The notes beneath the pieces are model-generated. The model worked only from the letters and a program-made list of their open reading frames with translations, had not been told where the DNA came from and did not search any database. Below are positions 17,119-26,969 of a stretch of DNA of 64,000 bases, in pieces. The stretch covers positions 120 through 64,119 of the forward strand of contig CAYJQG010000001.1 in the NCBI GenBank assembly GCA_964372325.1. Direction: 5' to 3'. The stretch's first letter is position 1. The number at the start of each line of letters is the position of its first letter. The position numbers and the translations under genes were made by a program. Origin of the DNA: an uncultured Candidatus Saccharibacteria bacterium. Lineage in GTDB: Bacteria; Patescibacteriota; Minisyncoccia; UBA6257; JAUSGH01.

Positions 17119-18153
17119 ATGGAGATCACCGCCTTGGACGCGCTCCTAACCGTAGGCGCACTCGCGTTCCTTATTTTTATTCACGAACTCGGCCATTTTC
17201 TTGCCGCAAAGTTGTTTGGCATGCGTGTAGACGAATTTAGCCTATGTTTCCCACCCCGGTTAATTTCGAAAAAAATCGGCGAGACGCGTTACAGTATTGG
17301 CCTGATACCGCTCGGGGGGTTTGTAAAGATTTACGGAGAAGCAGACAGTGCAGATGCGCGTAGTGACGTACGGAGTTTCGTGGGTTCAAAGCCGTGGAAG
17401 AGAGCGGTCGTTGCGTTCGCCGGAGTCGCGATGAATTTCTTGGTGGGGTTTCTGGTGTTGAGCGCAGTATTTTTTACTGGTACGCCGCAACGAGTGATGG
17501 TTCGAGAAGTGAAGCTTGGTAGCGCGGCATCTGATGCGGGGTTTATGCCTGGAGATATTATTGAAGGGTTTAAGACGAGCAGTGAAGTCGCTGCGTTTGT
17601 GAGGGCGCATCAAGGAGAAGCCGTAACGCTCGATGTGCAGCGCAACGGTATTACGAAAAGGGTCAGTGTCACGCCAAAAATAGTGCAAAGCGAAAAAGAG
17701 GGTGCTCTGGGTGTGGTGCTGTTCGACCAAGGGGTTGTTAAACGACCGCTATACGAAAGTGTGCGCGACGGGTGGTTTGCCTCATGGAGTATTGCTGGGC
17801 AGATTGTTGTTGGTGTGTATGGAATTGTGCAGCAGCTCGTAACATCGGGCACGCTCTCAAAAGATGTTGCTGGCCCAGTTGGGATTTTTACTATTGCACA
17901 CCGTGCCGCAGCAGAAAATTTTCTTTTGTTCTTGCAGCTTATTGGGTTGATTTCGTTGAACCTTGCGGTGGCGAACATGTTGCCATTTCCGATCGTTGAT
18001 GGTGGGCGTCTAGTAATGATTGGCGTTGAGAAGCTGAAGGGTTCTCCTCCGCCTGCGTGGCTTGAGATGGGACTGAACATGACCGGGCTTATACTGTTAC
18101 TTGGGTTGATGGTATTGGTAACTGTAAGAGACATTGGTAATTTAATATATTAG
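17119..18153 (+). CDS. rseP: RIP metalloprotease RseP (site-2 protease, M50 family)
   Basis: HELGHFLAAK HExxH motif, PDZ domain, C-terminal NLAVANMLPFPIVDGG LDG motif. Confidence 0.9.
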   Translation: MEITALDALLTVGALAFLIFIHELGHFLAAKLFGMRVDEFSLCFPPRLISKKIGETRYSIGLIPLGGFVKIYGEADSADARSDVRSFVGSKPWKRAVVAFAGVAMNFLVGFLVLSAVFFTGTPQRVMVREVKLGSAASDAGFMPGDIIEGFKTSSEVAAFVRAHQGEAVTLDVQRNGITKRVSVTPKIVQSEKEGALGVVLFDQGVVKRPLYESVRDGWFASWSIAGQIVVGVYGIVQQLVTSGTLSKDVAGPVGIFTIAHRAAAENFLLFLQLIGLISLNLAVANMLPFPIVDGGRLVMIGVEKLKGSPPPAWLEMGLNMTGLILLLGLMVLVTVRDIGNLIY

Positions 18154-18217
18154 CAACAAGAACCCCGATGCACGTCGGGGGCTTTCTTTTTTAAAAAAAG
18201 ATTGATAGAATCGAACC

Positions 18218-19459
18218 ATGTTGCTATCTAAGTTATTCTCAAAAACTGACCGTGCGTTTCCTAAGGACGAAGAAGCGATAAATGCGAAATATTTAATTCG
18301 CGGAGGGTTTATTCGCAAGATTTCTGCTGGGGTATTTACTTATCTGCCGCTAGCGCAGCGCGTGTTGCAGAACATTAACACTATCATTCGCGAAGAAATG
18401 AACGCAATCGGCGGAGAAGAACTTTTAATGCCCGCGCTCGTGGCAAAAGAATACTGGGAAAAGTCTAAGCGTTGGGATGTCGATGTGGTATATAAACTGA
18501 AATCGAACTTCGGAGAAGAGTTTGGCTTGGGCTGGACGCACGAAGAAGTTATCGCAGATATTGCAACGCACTTTGTGCAATCGTATAAAGATCTTCCAAA
18601 AGCAGTATATCAAATTCAAAATAAATTTCGCTCTGAGCCAAGAGCAAAAAATGGCGTGTTGCGTGGCCGTGAATTTATGATGAAGGATTTGTATAGTTTT
18701 CATACTGGACTATCTGACCTCGATCGTTATTATGCAATAGTCATGAAGGCATACCAGAAGATTTATAAGCGTCTTGGGCTCGATTACCTTATCGCCGAAG
18801 CATCGGGCGGGGCATTCACAAAAGAATACACACACGAGTTTCAAGTCCCAGCCGCATCGGGTGAGGACACAATTATATATTGTGAGAAGTGTCGGTATGC
18901 GCAAAATAAGGAAATCGCGAGAGGTAAAGTTGGAGACAGTTGTGAGAAATGTAGTGGGAAAATTGTCAGCACAAACGCCATCGAGGTGGGGAATATTTTC
19001 CGATTAGGTACGCGTTTTTCAGAGAGTTTTAATTTACGCTACCTTGACCAGTTTGGGGCATCGCAATATGTGGTGATGGGTTCGTATGGCATTGGCCCAA
19101 CACGTATATTGGGAACGCTTGTGGAGGTACATCACGACGATCGGGGTATTATTTGGCCAAAAAGCGTTGCGCCGTTTGCTGCGCACCTCATAGTGCTTGG
19201 AGATAACAAAAAAATAAAAGCGCACGCGACGAAACTTTATAACACATTGCAAAAAAAGAATATCGAGGTATTATTCGACGATCGCGAGGTAAGCGCTGGA
19301 GAAAAATTTGCAGAAAGTGACATGATCGGTATACCACTGCGCATCGTGGTAAGCGAAAAAACAATGGCAGCAAAAAAATTAGAACTCAAAGAGCGTGGGA
19401 AGGAACAGTCGAAGCTTGTGGGCGAGCGAGAGTTGCTCAAAATATTAACTAGTCACTAG
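18218..19459 (+). CDS. proS: prolyl-tRNA synthetase, minimal form without INS editing domain
   Basis: 413 aa. Class II motifs (FRSEPRAKNGVLRGREFMMKDLYSF, GSYGIGPTR). A Cys4 insertion (CEKCRYAQN...CEKCSGK) is present. Confidence 0.9.
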   Translation: MLLSKLFSKTDRAFPKDEEAINAKYLIRGGFIRKISAGVFTYLPLAQRVLQNINTIIREEMNAIGGEELLMPALVAKEYWEKSKRWDVDVVYKLKSNFGEEFGLGWTHEEVIADIATHFVQSYKDLPKAVYQIQNKFRSEPRAKNGVLRGREFMMKDLYSFHTGLSDLDRYYAIVMKAYQKIYKRLGLDYLIAEASGGAFTKEYTHEFQVPAASGEDTIIYCEKCRYAQNKEIARGKVGDSCEKCSGKIVSTNAIEVGNIFRLGTRFSESFNLRYLDQFGASQYVVMGSYGIGPTRILGTLVEVHHDDRGIIWPKSVAPFAAHLIVLGDNKKIKAHATKLYNTLQKKNIEVLFDDREVSAGEKFAESDMIGIPLRIVVSEKTMAAKKLELKERGKEQSKLVGERELLKILTSH

Positions 19460-19520
19460 TCACTAGAAACTAGGCACTAGGGCATAATAATACCCCTAGT
19501 TTCTAGTGCCTAGTGCCTAG
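19448..19520 (+). terminator. long imperfect hairpin after proS
   Basis: actagtcactagaaactaggcactagggc-ataataata-cccctagtttctagtgcctagtgcctagt. Confidence 0.5.
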
Positions 19521-19529
19521 TCTCTTACG

Positions 19530-20576
19530 GTGAGTCTTTTTAGTTATTTTTCAAAAAATATCGGTATCGATTTAGGCACGGCAAATTCGCTCGTGTATAT
19601 TGCCGGGCAAGGAATCGTGATTAACGAACCCTCGATCGTTGCGGTGAATGCAAAAACCGGGCAGTTAATTGCGGTTGGTGAAGAGGCGCGTAAAATGGTT
19701 GGGCGCACTCCAAACCATATCAATGTTGTGCGGCCGTTAGTCTCGGGCATTATCGCAGACTTCGATATGACGCAAGAAATGTTGCGATATTTTATGCGTC
19801 GAATAGGAAAGTCAGAGTTCCCATTACAATATCGTCGGGCAGTGATTGGCGTGCCAAGTAATTTAACAGAGGTAGAGCGAAAATCGGTAGAAGATGCGGT
19901 GTTGGGCGCAGGGATTGCAAAAGTATATGTTATTGAAGAGCCAGTTGCGGCGGCGCTCGGCGCACGACTTCCCATTAATGAACCAACGGCGAATATGATT
20001 GTTGATATCGGTGGTGGTACAACCGAGATCGCAATTATTTCAATGGGCGGTACCGTGAATGCTCGTAGTTTAAAAATCGCGGGCGATAAATTTAACGAAG
20101 AAATTATTCGTTTTGTGCGTGACGAATTCCGCTTGGCCATCGGCGAACCCACCGCGGAAGAGTTAAAGATTACCATCGGTTCTGCCATGCCGTTGGACCA
20201 AAAAATCGAGATGGTTATTCGCGGTCGCGACCTTGCAACGGGACTTCCCAAAGAAATTGTCGTACGCGATGCACAAATTCGCGGAGCAATTGCAAAACCG
20301 TTAAAAACCATAGTCGAAGCAGTGCGCGAGGTGGTGGAAACCGCACCACCAGAGCTCGCTGGAGATATTTTAAGTAGAGGAATTTACCTTTGCGGAGGTG
20401 GGAGTTTGCTTCGAGGTATTGACCAACTAATTACCAAAGAATTAGCAGTACAAACAACGGTTGTAGAAGACCCGTTAACATGTGTGGTTCGAGGTACGGG
20501 TATTGCGGTAGAGAATTTTGAAAAATATACAGCAATGCTCGACAACCCATTTGTACCGCGTGAGATCAAGTTATAG
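19530..20576 (+). CDS. mreB: rod shape-determining protein MreB (paralog 2, heads the mreBCD-mrdA cluster)
   Basis: 348 aa. IGIDLGTANS, DIGGGTTEIA, CGGGSLLRGID. Confidence 0.9.
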   Translation: MSLFSYFSKNIGIDLGTANSLVYIAGQGIVINEPSIVAVNAKTGQLIAVGEEARKMVGRTPNHINVVRPLVSGIIADFDMTQEMLRYFMRRIGKSEFPLQYRRAVIGVPSNLTEVERKSVEDAVLGAGIAKVYVIEEPVAAALGARLPINEPTANMIVDIGGGTTEIAIISMGGTVNARSLKIAGDKFNEEIIRFVRDEFRLAIGEPTAEELKITIGSAMPLDQKIEMVIRGRDLATGLPKEIVVRDAQIRGAIAKPLKTIVEAVREVVETAPPELAGDILSRGIYLCGGGSLLRGIDQLITKELAVQTTVVEDPLTCVVRGTGIAVENFEKYTAMLDNPFVPREIKL

Positions 20577-20582
20577 CAGACC

Positions 20583-21296
20583 ATGCGCATATTGTTATTA
20601 GGCGGCATTAGTATAGTACTACTGGTTTCATTAATTTGGGGCGGTATTATTGTTGAGGCGACCATGAATGGCCTTGGGTTCGTCGAGCGCGGAGCAGCGA
20701 GGGGGGTTGCGATATTGCGTAGCGTAACATTGGGGAGCGATGCCGCGCTTATCGAAGCGTTGCAAAAAGAAAATGAAAGGCTACGCGCGAAAGTTGAAGA
20801 GTATGCGCACAGTGGGTTGGGTGTAGAGCGAGGGGAGGCAATGGTTGCAAATATCTATGTGCGTTATCCATGGAATGATAAAGGAGAAATAACAATCGCG
20901 CTTGGCGAGCGTGGTGGCGTGCGTGTTGGTGACGTCGTACTCTCAGAGGGTGGGACATTATTAGGGCAAGTGACTGTTGTTGGAGTATATTGGAGCACGG
21001 TACGAACAATTTTTGACCCCCTACACACTATTGCGGTGAGAGTGGGGCAGGGTGGTGTCCCAGCACTGTTGCGCGGAGGAGGGGGGGTGACAGTGTCGAT
21101 GATCGACCAATCGCGGACAATTGCCGATGGCGATGGAGTATATGTCTCCGATAAGATGTTGCCATATGGCATACGTATCGGTAGTGTCGCTCATATACGG
21201 CAGAGCAGAGGAATCGCATTTCAAGAAGCCGATGTCGAGTTGCCCTACCGCTTTAGTGAACTTGAGCGTGTGCTCATAAGACATATTGGACAATAA
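20583..21296 (+). CDS. mreC: rod shape-determining protein MreC
   Basis: 237 aa. N-terminal TM helix, coiled coil (ENERLRAKVEE) and beta-rich periplasmic domain. Position between mreB and mreD is the conserved one. Confidence 0.8.
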   Translation: MRILLLGGISIVLLVSLIWGGIIVEATMNGLGFVERGAARGVAILRSVTLGSDAALIEALQKENERLRAKVEEYAHSGLGVERGEAMVANIYVRYPWNDKGEITIALGERGGVRVGDVVLSEGGTLLGQVTVVGVYWSTVRTIFDPLHTIAVRVGQGGVPALLRGGGGVTVSMIDQSRTIADGDGVYVSDKMLPYGIRIGSVAHIRQSRGIAFQEADVELPYRFSELERVLIRHIGQ

Positions 21297-21768
21297 TATG
21301 GCTGATAGAAAGTTACAGATGTATGGGAAGTTGTTATTGTATTGTACTGGCGTGATACTGCTACAAATCACGCATGTTGTTGAGATTCAAGGCATTAATC
21401 CCAACTTGGTTTTAGTGATGATGGTGATAGTGCCGTATATCGTAGCTCAGTTATCGTTGTACGGAGTGATCATACTGTACATAGCGCTACTACTAAAGAC
21501 GGTTCCGTTATTTGAAGTTAGTACGTTGGGAGTTTTGGGTATGGGAGTATTGGCATGGTGTATCAAAAAATATATCCCCGGCGAGCGGTGGTTGCGTGTT
21601 ATGCTTGGGGTCGTGCTTGGCACAATACTATTTTACGGTATCGTGAACCCAACAATTTTACTCAGTGCGCCAACAATGATATTAAAGGAAGTGGTATATA
21701 ATTTAGCTATTGCAATGGTCGGGTATGGGGTGATGGCATATTATTATGTTTACGAAACGGAAAACTGA
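21286..21768 (+). CDS. mreD: rod shape-determining protein MreD (polytopic membrane protein)
   Basis: 160 aa with 4-5 TM helices. Translationally coupled to mreC and mrdA. Confidence 0.6.
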   Translation: MDNNMADRKLQMYGKLLLYCTGVILLQITHVVEIQGINPNLVLVMMVIVPYIVAQLSLYGVIILYIALLLKTVPLFEVSTLGVLGMGVLAWCIKKYIPGERWLRVMLGVVLGTILFYGIVNPTILLSAPTMILKEVVYNLAIAMVGYGVMAYYYVYETEN

Positions 21769-23623
21769 AGATTTTTATTTCGAAGAGACGGCGTTCGGGG
21801 TGAGTCCCGGGGAAGACATTCTGCACATCGAGTTGCCTATTAGTCGGAATATATTTTTTGGTATCGGCATTATTGCTGGCATAGTATTGTTGGTTGGATT
21901 TTCGCGAATGATATTTTTAAATGTGACAAAGGGAGATTTTTATGTGGTGCGCGCAATGGCAAATGCAGAAAAAACAGTAATTATTCCGGCGCCACGCGGA
22001 GCGATTCAGGATCGTTTTGGTAAAGATCTCGTTAAAAATACTCCGGTATTCAGTGCATTCATTGATATGCGAGAATTTATGCAAAAGAAGTTCGAAGACA
22101 AGGAACAGTTCACGGGGCAATTGCAAGAAATTTTGAGCGCAGAAGACGAAGAGATGCACGTCGAGGAAATGATTAGTAGCGCCGATATTGAAGGTGCCGC
22201 AGTGGTGCCATTGATGCGCGGGATAAGTACCGAGTCAGCAATAGCGCTACGGAGTATAAATGACTCGACTATTATCGTGCAAGACGATTATCGGCGTTTA
22301 TATGTAGGCAATGGCGCATTTGCGCATGTGTTAGGGTACACGGGTGTCGGAGATTGGGACAAAAGTATTGTGGGGAAAGCCGGCCTTGAGGAGTATTACA
22401 ATACCATGCTACGGGGTAAAGATGGTCGGGCAATTATCATGCGCGATGCGCGAGGAACAGCCTTGACTACACGCCTTGAGACTGCGCCTCATATTGGCGC
22501 GACACTTGAAACATCAATCGATGGAGACCTTCAGGAATATTTTTATGAGCGGTTAAAGAAGGGTCTCGCGGTGCTTGGGCGCAACGCGGGTGTGGGGATT
22601 ATTGTAAAACCGAAAACCGGCGAAGTGCTTTCGCTTATTAGTTTGCCGAGTTTCGACAGCAATGTGTTCACTACTCCACGGAAAGGACGTGAGCGTATGG
22701 AGCTCATCGTTGATCGTCGAAAGCCATTATTCAACCGGGCAATTTCCGGGGTGTACACGCCAGGGTCGACAATAAAACCAATGATGGCACTGGCGGCATT
22801 GCACGAGCGCATCATTGACCCAGTGTATTCGGTGTATTCTCCGGGGTATCTTGAGTTGCCAAACCCATACAACCCCGAGCATCCAAATAAATTTATGGAT
22901 TGGAAGCCGCAGGGTTGGGTGAACGTATATTCGGCACTGGCGAAATCGTCGAACGTATTTTTTTATGTGGTGGGGGGCGGGTTTAAAGATAAGAAGGGGT
23001 TAGGGATGCAAAATATTGAAAATTATTTTCATCGTTTCGGTTTCGACGAAAAAAGTGGTATCGATCTTAGCGGCGAAGCGCAAGGGTTATTAATTGGCCC
23101 ACAAGAACGCATGCGCCGCACTGGACTCCCGTGGAGAATCGGGGATACATACAACATCGCGATAGGCCAGGGCGATTTAATGTTAGTGCCACTGCGCTTA
23201 GTAAACTTTATTGGTTCGATTGGTACGGGTGGGAGAATGCAGCAGCCGTTAGTAGTAAGAACGATTCGTTCTGCAGACGGAGTGCTAATAGAAAACCTGC
23301 ATTCTAAAGAAATTTTAAATTATACCGAGATGGATTCGGCAATCAGCGAGGTGCAACAAGGGCTAGAAGCAACGGTGAAGGCCGATTATGGTACAGCGCA
23401 TACGCTCGCTGATCTGCCGATATCGGTTGCAGGGAAAACAGGGAGCTCACAGATTTTAAATAATGCGAAAACAAATGCATTTTTCGTTGGATACGCGCCG
23501 TCGAAAGACCCAGAGATTGCAATTTTGGTATTAGTGGAAGATGCGAAAGAGGGGAGCTTGAATACTATTCCAATAGTCCATGATGTGCTTCAGTGGTACT
23601 ACGAAAACCGAATAAAAAAATAA
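21746..23623 (+). CDS. mrdA: penicillin-binding protein 2 (peptidoglycan D,D-transpeptidase)
   Basis: 625 aa. N-terminal TM helix. Transpeptidase motifs SxxK (TPGSTIKP), SxN (SSN), KTG (KTGSSQ). Confidence 0.9.
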   Translation: MFTKRKTEDFYFEETAFGVSPGEDILHIELPISRNIFFGIGIIAGIVLLVGFSRMIFLNVTKGDFYVVRAMANAEKTVIIPAPRGAIQDRFGKDLVKNTPVFSAFIDMREFMQKKFEDKEQFTGQLQEILSAEDEEMHVEEMISSADIEGAAVVPLMRGISTESAIALRSINDSTIIVQDDYRRLYVGNGAFAHVLGYTGVGDWDKSIVGKAGLEEYYNTMLRGKDGRAIIMRDARGTALTTRLETAPHIGATLETSIDGDLQEYFYERLKKGLAVLGRNAGVGIIVKPKTGEVLSLISLPSFDSNVFTTPRKGRERMELIVDRRKPLFNRAISGVYTPGSTIKPMMALAALHERIIDPVYSVYSPGYLELPNPYNPEHPNKFMDWKPQGWVNVYSALAKSSNVFFYVVGGGFKDKKGLGMQNIENYFHRFGFDEKSGIDLSGEAQGLLIGPQERMRRTGLPWRIGDTYNIAIGQGDLMLVPLRLVNFIGSIGTGGRMQQPLVVRTIRSADGVLIENLHSKEILNYTEMDSAISEVQQGLEATVKADYGTAHTLADLPISVAGKTGSSQILNNAKTNAFFVGYAPSKDPEIAILVLVEDAKEGSLNTIPIVHDVLQWYYENRIKK

Positions 23624-23625
23624 AG

Positions 23626-23660
23626 ACCACCCGCAGTTATGCAGGTGGTTGGTCGTCGCC
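23626..23660. terminator. hairpin between convergent mrdA and a small membrane-protein gene
   Basis: accacccgcag-ttat-gcaggtggt. Confidence 0.5.
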
Positions 23661-23936
23661 CTCTTCGTGTTTCGCCTCTTCGATTTTTTTATTGAGCATG
23701 TCGAGCGGGTGCGGCGGATTAAAAATGAACATCAAAATCATTAGTCCAAGCATCGCAATGAGCACGGTTAATGGGTAGAGCGCAAGAAAGAAGTGACCAT
23801 GGTATGCATTGTTTCTTAGAAGGCCGAGAACGAAATACAGCAAAGTTGGTGGCACGAGCAGACAGCCAAGCGATAATCCAATGTACCACTTCCATTTATG
23901 GGGAGACTTGGTTAGTCGGTAAAACAGTTTAATCAT
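23637..23936 (-). CDS. hypothetical small membrane protein
   Basis: 99 aa with 3 predicted TM helices. Confidence 0.4.
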   Translation of the reverse strand: MIKLFYRLTKSPHKWKWYIGLSLGCLLVPPTLLYFVLGLLRNNAYHGHFFLALYPLTVLIAMLGLMILMFIFNPPHPLDMLNKKIEEAKHEEGDDQPPA

Positions 23937-24126
23937 GCTGCGCTCTCCGAAAAAGAGTTGTAAGAAACATTACTGCGCCCCAGAGCGTGCTTCCAAGGCC
24001 AGCGATGGTGAGGAATATACTCAACACCATGAGTGGCGGGCAAGTTTCGTCAAAAATTTTCTTACCGAGTAATAGGCAGGCGAGTCCAACGGAAAAAGTA
24101 ATTCCATAGCGCAGCAGTAGTTTCAA
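23929..24126 (-). CDS. hypothetical small membrane protein
   Basis: 65 aa with 2 TM helices. Overlaps the downstream membrane-protein gene by 8 nt. Confidence 0.35.
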   Translation of the reverse strand: MKLLLRYGITFSVGLACLLLGKKIFDETCPPLMVLSIFLTIAGLGSTLWGAVMFLTTLFRRAQHD

Positions 24127-24204
24127 GGTTTACTCCTCTTCTTTATTGTTTAAAGATCCGTATACATGATAGCATACAGTTATCAGGAAGGCAAATAGAT
24201 AAAT

Positions 24205-24313
24205 AAATTTCTAATATCTAATATCTAATTTCTAATAAAACAATATAATGTCTAATGAATAAAGTTTAGAAATTTTTAACATTTAGTCATTTTATTAGAA
24301 ATTAGATATTATT
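24205..24313. repeat. family B palindromic repeat, opposite orientation to the 3947-4070 copy
   Basis: Interior is the reverse complement of the 3947-4070 interior with ~90 percent identity. Upstream of tpiA. Confidence 0.75.
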
Positions 24314-25057
24314 ATGAAACTCATCATCGCCAACTGGAAAATGAACCCAGCGACTCTTGAGGAGGCGGCAATATTGGCGCGTGAGTCAGATGTTAAGGGG
24401 TTGGTCATTGCGCCACCATTTCCGTTTCTTGAGACGGTAAGGGCATCAATAAAACAAGCGATGTTGGGGGCGCAGGATGTTTCCGGTAAAGGTGGCACTG
24501 GAGCGTACACCGGCGAGGTTTCAGGAGAAGAGTTACAGTCGTTGGGTGTAACATATGTGATCGTCGGTCACTCCGAACGTCGGGCACTGGGCGAAACCGA
24601 TGAACAAATTGCAGAAAAGATCCGTGCAGTAATAGATGTTGGGCTTATCCCGGTCCTTTGCGTCGGCGAGTCTTGGCAAATGAGAGAGCGCGGAGAACAA
24701 GAATCATTTGTCGCGAAACAATTGCAAGGGGATCTTGCCTTATTACGCGAAGCTACTGAAGCCAAAAAGCTAACGAAGCTAAAAGCCCTGATTGTCGCCT
24801 ACGAACCTCTCTGGGCAATTGGCACCGGAACTCCCGAAACCCCACAAGGCGCAGCAAGTATGATACAATACATTAAAAGGACGCTATTGGCTAGTCGGGG
24901 CTATACCCTAACACCGGTAGTGCTATATGGCGGTTCAGTAAATGCAGTGAATGCAGCGAGTTTCTTAAAAGAAAAAGAGATTGACGGGTTGCTTGTTGGG
25001 GGAGCGAGTCTAGACAGCGAAGAAATTAAAAAGATTGTTGAAATAGCAAAGATTTAA
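24314..25057 (+). CDS. tpiA: triosephosphate isomerase
   Basis: 247 aa. ANWKMN, VGHSERR, AYEPLWAIGTG catalytic motifs. Confidence 0.95.
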   Translation: MKLIIANWKMNPATLEEAAILARESDVKGLVIAPPFPFLETVRASIKQAMLGAQDVSGKGGTGAYTGEVSGEELQSLGVTYVIVGHSERRALGETDEQIAEKIRAVIDVGLIPVLCVGESWQMRERGEQESFVAKQLQGDLALLREATEAKKLTKLKALIVAYEPLWAIGTGTPETPQGAASMIQYIKRTLLASRGYTLTPVVLYGGSVNAVNAASFLKEKEIDGLLVGGASLDSEEIKKIVEIAKI

Positions 25058-25095
25058 AATTCGTACATTCGTAATTATTTGTAAATTCGTAGTAA
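25058..25095. repeat. family A repeat, partial arm
   Basis: aattcgtacattcgtaattatttgtaaattcgtag. Between tpiA and the SIMPL gene. Confidence 0.5.
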
Positions 25096-25100
25096 ATACC

Positions 25101-25850
25101 ATGAAAAACGTAAAACAGCTTTTCTGGTGGATGTTGAATGCCGTATTACTAATGACGATCATTGTGGGTATATTCGCAGTGCGTTACCTCGATCGTTCGA
25201 GTGCGTCAATGACCATTGCGCGTACCATTGTTGTTGAGGGTGTCGGGAAAGTGAAGGTTGTCCCTGATGTGGCCGATCTTACATTCGCAGTAACAACAGA
25301 AGGGACTGAACTAGAAACGATACAAGATCAAAATGCCACAAGCATACAAGAAGGCATTGACCTTATTAAGAGTCAAGGAATCGACGAAAAAGATATCAAG
25401 ACATTCGGTTATAATCTTTCGCCAAAATATACCTATAACGAAAAAAAGAAACAGTCATATATCGATGGCTACACACTGACCCAGAGCGTATCGGTGCATG
25501 TGCGAGATATAAAAAAAGTATCAATAATTTTGGGTGGGCTTCCTGCTCTTGGGATTAATCAAATTAACGGGGTAAATTTTTCTGCTGAAAATCCCGATAT
25601 AGTATTAAACCAAGCACGTGAGTCAGCATTTAAAAAAGCACGCGCGAAGGCAGAGAGCATGGCAAAGCAAAATGAAGTTTCGCTCGGGCGCATAGTGACA
25701 TTTTCAGAGTATCAAGGTGGGGGATATGCAACAAGGTTTTATGGAGCAGATGCGATGGGCGGTAAAGGCGGCGAGGTGGCCCTGCCCCCAATCGAACCAG
25801 GAAGTGAAGAATTAACGGTGAATGTGAGTGTCACCTACGAGCTGCGGTAA
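25101..25850 (+). CDS. SIMPL-domain (DUF541) secreted or periplasmic protein
   Basis: 249 aa. N-terminal TM/signal segment. The conservation pattern across the protein matches the SIMPL family. Confidence 0.65.
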   Translation: MKNVKQLFWWMLNAVLLMTIIVGIFAVRYLDRSSASMTIARTIVVEGVGKVKVVPDVADLTFAVTTEGTELETIQDQNATSIQEGIDLIKSQGIDEKDIKTFGYNLSPKYTYNEKKKQSYIDGYTLTQSVSVHVRDIKKVSIILGGLPALGINQINGVNFSAENPDIVLNQARESAFKKARAKAESMAKQNEVSLGRIVTFSEYQGGGYATRFYGADAMGGKGGEVALPPIEPGSEELTVNVSVTYELR

Positions 25851-25860
25851 AATTGTTTTA

Positions 25861-26036
25861 TTAGACTTGTTCCCTAATAACATTCCGCTTCTTTTTTATG
25901 AATTTCGGCTGCGACTTCGCAAAAAAATCTCAACAGATTCTGTGAATATGCTTCGCTTTTTTTGCTTTGTCTCGCGCGAAATTCATAAAAAATAACTCGA
26001 AAGCTTATCAGGGAACAAGTCTATTCGGAGCTGCAC
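25861..26036. mobile_element. family D MITE-like element, variant TIR
   Basis: TIR tagacttgttccctaataa / ttatcagggaacaagtcta. Interior ...tgaatttcggctgcgacttcgcaaaaaaatctcaacagattctgtgaata... matches the other family D copies. Confidence 0.75.
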
Positions 26037-26042
26037 TCATTA

Positions 26043-26729
26043 ATGGAAGATATCATTAAAGAACAATTGCGGATCAAGACAATCGATGGCGAGGATATCG
26101 CAGGTACGATTTACGAAGCGAAAAATCCTAAAGATGCAGTGCTTTTTGTGCACATGATGCCCGAGACAAAAGAGTCGTGGGATACATTTGCGAATCTCGT
26201 TGCAATAGAAGGCCACACTGGACTTGCAATTGACCTTCGTGGGCATGGGGATTCGAGTGGCGGACCAAAAGGGTACACGCACTTTACTGACGAAGAACAT
26301 CAAAAAAGTATCCTCGACCTTGATGCCGCAGTAAAATTTTTATTAAGCAGGGGCTTTACGTATCAACAAATTACATTTGTTGGGGCGTCGATCGGAGCAA
26401 ATTTAGCGTTGAAATATATGGCCGACCACGGCGATTATCCCGCAGCAGTATTACTATCGCCAGGAACGAATTACCACGGAGTGTTAAGTCGAATTTCTGC
26501 CGCCGAAATAAAACCCGGGCGTAATATATTGTTGGTAAGCGCAAAAGATGATGGTGAAAATGCGAGCGACACGGTCGCAATCGGAGAGGCATTTCTCGAA
26601 GGAGTGCAACGTGCGGTGAAGATCTATGACACCGGTGGGCATGGAACGACGCTACTTAAAACTCAGCCGCAGCTACAGGGGCTTATACAACAATTTTTAG
26701 GAAAGCTTGACAATATTTCAGTGGCTTGA
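26043..26729 (+). CDS. alpha/beta hydrolase family protein
   Basis: 228 aa. Nucleophile elbow VGASIGA (GxSxG), HGDS motif, C-terminal His. Confidence 0.7.
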   Translation: MEDIIKEQLRIKTIDGEDIAGTIYEAKNPKDAVLFVHMMPETKESWDTFANLVAIEGHTGLAIDLRGHGDSSGGPKGYTHFTDEEHQKSILDLDAAVKFLLSRGFTYQQITFVGASIGANLALKYMADHGDYPAAVLLSPGTNYHGVLSRISAAEIKPGRNILLVSAKDDGENASDTVAIGEAFLEGVQRAVKIYDTGGHGTTLLKTQPQLQGLIQQFLGKLDNISVA

Positions 26730-26730
26730 T

Positions 26731-26969
26731 AAAATAGTTAGCTTGCACCTTGAAATTGGAAATCCGCCATTCGCAGCAGAACAGAACTCCAGAAAGGAGG
26801 TTTCCGTTGTGTAGCTGCTGCGAAGCCAGTGTCTGGCAAATTGCGCTTAGTCCTCACGGCGCAAACTCTGACTGAAATCAGGGGGTGGTATGAGGGAATC
26901 CACCTTCGTGCCGGTGAGCTTGCCTATTGTAGGTAGGCTAGGAGCGAAGGCAACGGTCGCGCGTCTCGC
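26731..26969 (+). other. ~240-nt GC-rich structured leader upstream of the 26970 gene (candidate cis-regulatory RNA)
   Basis: Multiple stems (cgcagcag...ctgctgcg; gcgcttagtcctcacggcgc; cagggggtggtatgagggaatccacc). Composition unlike the genome background. No match to riboswitch classes I could recall. Confidence 0.3.
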
